Below are positions 62,185 through 64,000 of a stretch of DNA of 64,000 nucleotides, piece by piece. Below the pieces are notes generated by a model, which did not search any database, was not told where the DNA came from, and worked only from the letters and a program-made list of their open reading frames with translations. Numbering within the stretch: the stretch's first letter is position 1; every line of letters begins with the position of its first letter. The stretch comes from Sedimentisphaerales bacterium (GTDB lineage: Bacteria > Planctomycetota > Phycisphaerae > Sedimentisphaerales > Anaerobacaceae), in contig OY970194.1 in the NCBI GenBank assembly GCA_963708075.1, forward strand, positions 1,120,001 through 1,184,000, written 5' to 3'. The translations under genes were made by a program, and so were the position numbers.

Positions 62185-64000
62185 ATGGACCACTTCACAC
62201 GAGTCTTGAAATCCGTCCTCGCCCTGTTATGCCTCCTGATGCCTACCGGCACTGGTTTTGCGGCGTCTGCCCAGAAGGCACAGGTTGACACCTCCGCCTG
62301 GCTGCCGTACGAGATGCCGGACATCAAGAAGGCCAAGGGCACGGCCCTCGACATGTCGTTCCTGCTGGAAGCCCCAGCGGGCAAGCACGGCACTTTGACC
62401 GTCAAGGGCGACAAGTTCTTCTTCCTGGACGGCACGGAGGCACGCTTCTGGGGCGGCAATCTCTTCGCCGAGGCCAACTTTCCGACCCACAAACAGGCCG
62501 AAGCGCTGGCCGAGCGGATCGCGCAGACCGGCGCCAACATCGTCCGCATGCACCACCTGGACGTCGTGGCGCCCTGGACCGACTTCATCGTCCGCAAGAA
62601 CCTCTTCGGCGGCCAGAGCCCCGAAACCACGCGCGTGCTCGATAAGGAGATGCTCGATCGCTTCGACTACCTCGTGTCCTGCTTCAAGAAGCGGGGCATC
62701 TACGTCTTCCTGAGCCACCTGTCCAGCCGCAAAGTCATGCCCGCCGACGGCATCCCGCAGCCCGCCGAGTCGCTCGACGACATCTACGCCGGCCTGAAAA
62801 TCGAGGGCGAGTTCGACGAGTTCCTCATCCAGTTGCAGCAGGACTACTTGAAGAAGCTCCTGACGCACAAGAACCCGTACACGCGCCAGCCGCTGGCCGA
62901 AGACCCTGTACTCGCGATGACCAAGATCATCAATGAAGACTCACTGCTATTCCTCGGCGCCGGGCCGAACTTCAGCACGAACTCGGGCTACTACGCGCAG
63001 ATGCTGCAGGGCCGATTCAACGACTGGCTGGTGAAGAAGTACGCGACGCGCGAGACCCTGGCCAAGGCCTGGCAGCCGGCAGACCGCAAGGGCAAGGGGC
63101 TCGGCGAGGATGAGAGTTTCGAGAAGAAGAACATCGCGTTCAGCTACCAGTTCAGTTACGACTCGAAGGCTCGGTACAATCCCGCCTTCAGCCGGCAGCG
63201 CAATCTGGATATGTACGCGTTTCTGTACGACACGCAGACGGCGTATTACGACCGTATGTACGGATTTCTGCGAGCGCTGGGCGTGAGGTGCCCCATCGCC
63301 GGCAGCAACCACTGGATTTCCGACGTCGCCGATCTGCACGCGAACGCCGGGCTCGATTACGTGGACCGGCACGAGTACTACGCGCACCCGCACGGCACGT
63401 ACAACTACGTCCAGGGCCAGTCGGTCAGCCCGGCGACGCCCATGGTCAAGTCGGACTCGCTGGGCACGATTGGCGGCCTGGCGAATCGCCGGGTCCTCGG
63501 TCGGCCGTACACCGTTTCGGAATGGAACAACTGCCTGCCCAACCCGTACCGCGCGGAAGGGCCCGTGTTCATGGCCGCCTATGCCTGCCTGCAGGACTGG
63601 CACCCGATGCAGTACGCGTACCTGGCCTTCATCGACTACGAGCCCCAGGTGATCAACTCGTTCATGGTCCTGTATGACCCGGCTCATATGAATGTGCTGC
63701 CTGCGTCGGCCCTGATGTTCCATCGCGGGGACGTCAAAGAGGCCATGACCGGGTACTACGAGCGCGTCGCGGCGGGGGAGTTCATGGATCCGGCGTTCGC
63801 CCCGAAAAGGGATAATCGGCTCGCGCTGCTCGGGAAGTACGGCCTGGTGTTTGCGAATGTCGCGGAGGCCCGATTCCCGGCCAACCCGGACCTGTTGAAG
63901 CAGGCCTCCGACAAGACAAAGCAGGTGTACGATTCCGTCACGGGCGAGCTTCGCTGGGACCTGAACCAGGGCCTGCTGCGAATCGACTCGCCGCGAACGC
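62185..64000 (+). CDS. Secreted GH-A clan (GH5-like) glycoside hydrolase, runs off window end
   Basis: Absent from the ORF track (no stop in window); reads MDHFTRVLK...PAGKHG...RFWGGN...NIVRMHHLD...NPYT...INED...DRHEY...VSEWN. Confidence 0.78.
   Translation, partial: MDHFTRVLKSVLALLCLLMPTGTGFAASAQKAQVDTSAWLPYEMPDIKKAKGTALDMSFLLEAPAGKHGTLTVKGDKFFFLDGTEARFWGGNLFAEANFPTHKQAEALAERIAQTGANIVRMHHLDVVAPWTDFIVRKNLFGGQSPETTRVLDKEMLDRFDYLVSCFKKRGIYVFLSHLSSRKVMPADGIPQPAESLDDIYAGLKIEGEFDEFLIQLQQDYLKKLLTHKNPYTRQPLAEDPVLAMTKIINEDSLLFLGAGPNFSTNSGYYAQMLQGRFNDWLVKKYATRETLAKAWQPADRKGKGLGEDESFEKKNIAFSYQFSYDSKARYNPAFSRQRNLDMYAFLYDTQTAYYDRMYGFLRALGVRCPIAGSNHWISDVADLHANAGLDYVDRHEYYAHPHGTYNYVQGQSVSPATPMVKSDSLGTIGGLANRRVLGRPYTVSEWNNCLPNPYRAEGPVFMAAYACLQDWHPMQYAYLAFIDYEPQVINSFMVLYDPAHMNVLPASALMFHRGDVKEAMTGYYERVAAGEFMDPAFAPKRDNRLALLGKYGLVFANVAEARFPANPDLLKQASDKTKQVYDSVTGELRWDLNQGLLRIDSPRT

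Overview
GC-rich bacterial chromosomal window, most likely a planctomycete of the Phycisphaerae/Sedimentisphaerales type. This is inferred from the ECF sigma/Ser-Thr kinase pair, PAPGA-type PEP-CTERM-like genes, secreted beta-helix proteins and Tat-exported Gfo/Idh oxidoreductase. Housekeeping content: parA, MsbA-like ABC exporter, rpoN, recR, dnaX, SRP RNA, proC, rpsD, cysteine desulfurase and mnmA. The window also holds an Ehr (hydrogenase-4-related, apparently Ni-free) operon headed by an HTH-PTS EIIA regulator, a run of small orphan membrane genes, an ECF/STK/PD40-LamG module, a CzcCBA-type metal efflux operon, a toxin-antitoxin pair, glycoside hydrolases and several families of REP-like palindromes. 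Main candidates for a second look: (1) a ~165-nt structured, co-varying non-coding element starting right after a near-consensus sigma70 promoter in the ~305-nt leaders of two otherwise divergent PEP-CTERM-like genes, a candidate new riboswitch/cis-regulatory RNA; (2) an A9 slippery run in dnaX with stops close by in both shifted frames; (3) about 12 frameshifts, half of which can be repaired to the same GAGACC motif, suggesting sequencing errors at a methylated site; (4) a non-CRISPR array of a ~19-bp repeat; (5) a four-helix-bundle gene flanked by inverted heptamer repeats between ffs and dnaX. All product calls come from motif recognition by eye; no database searches were run.
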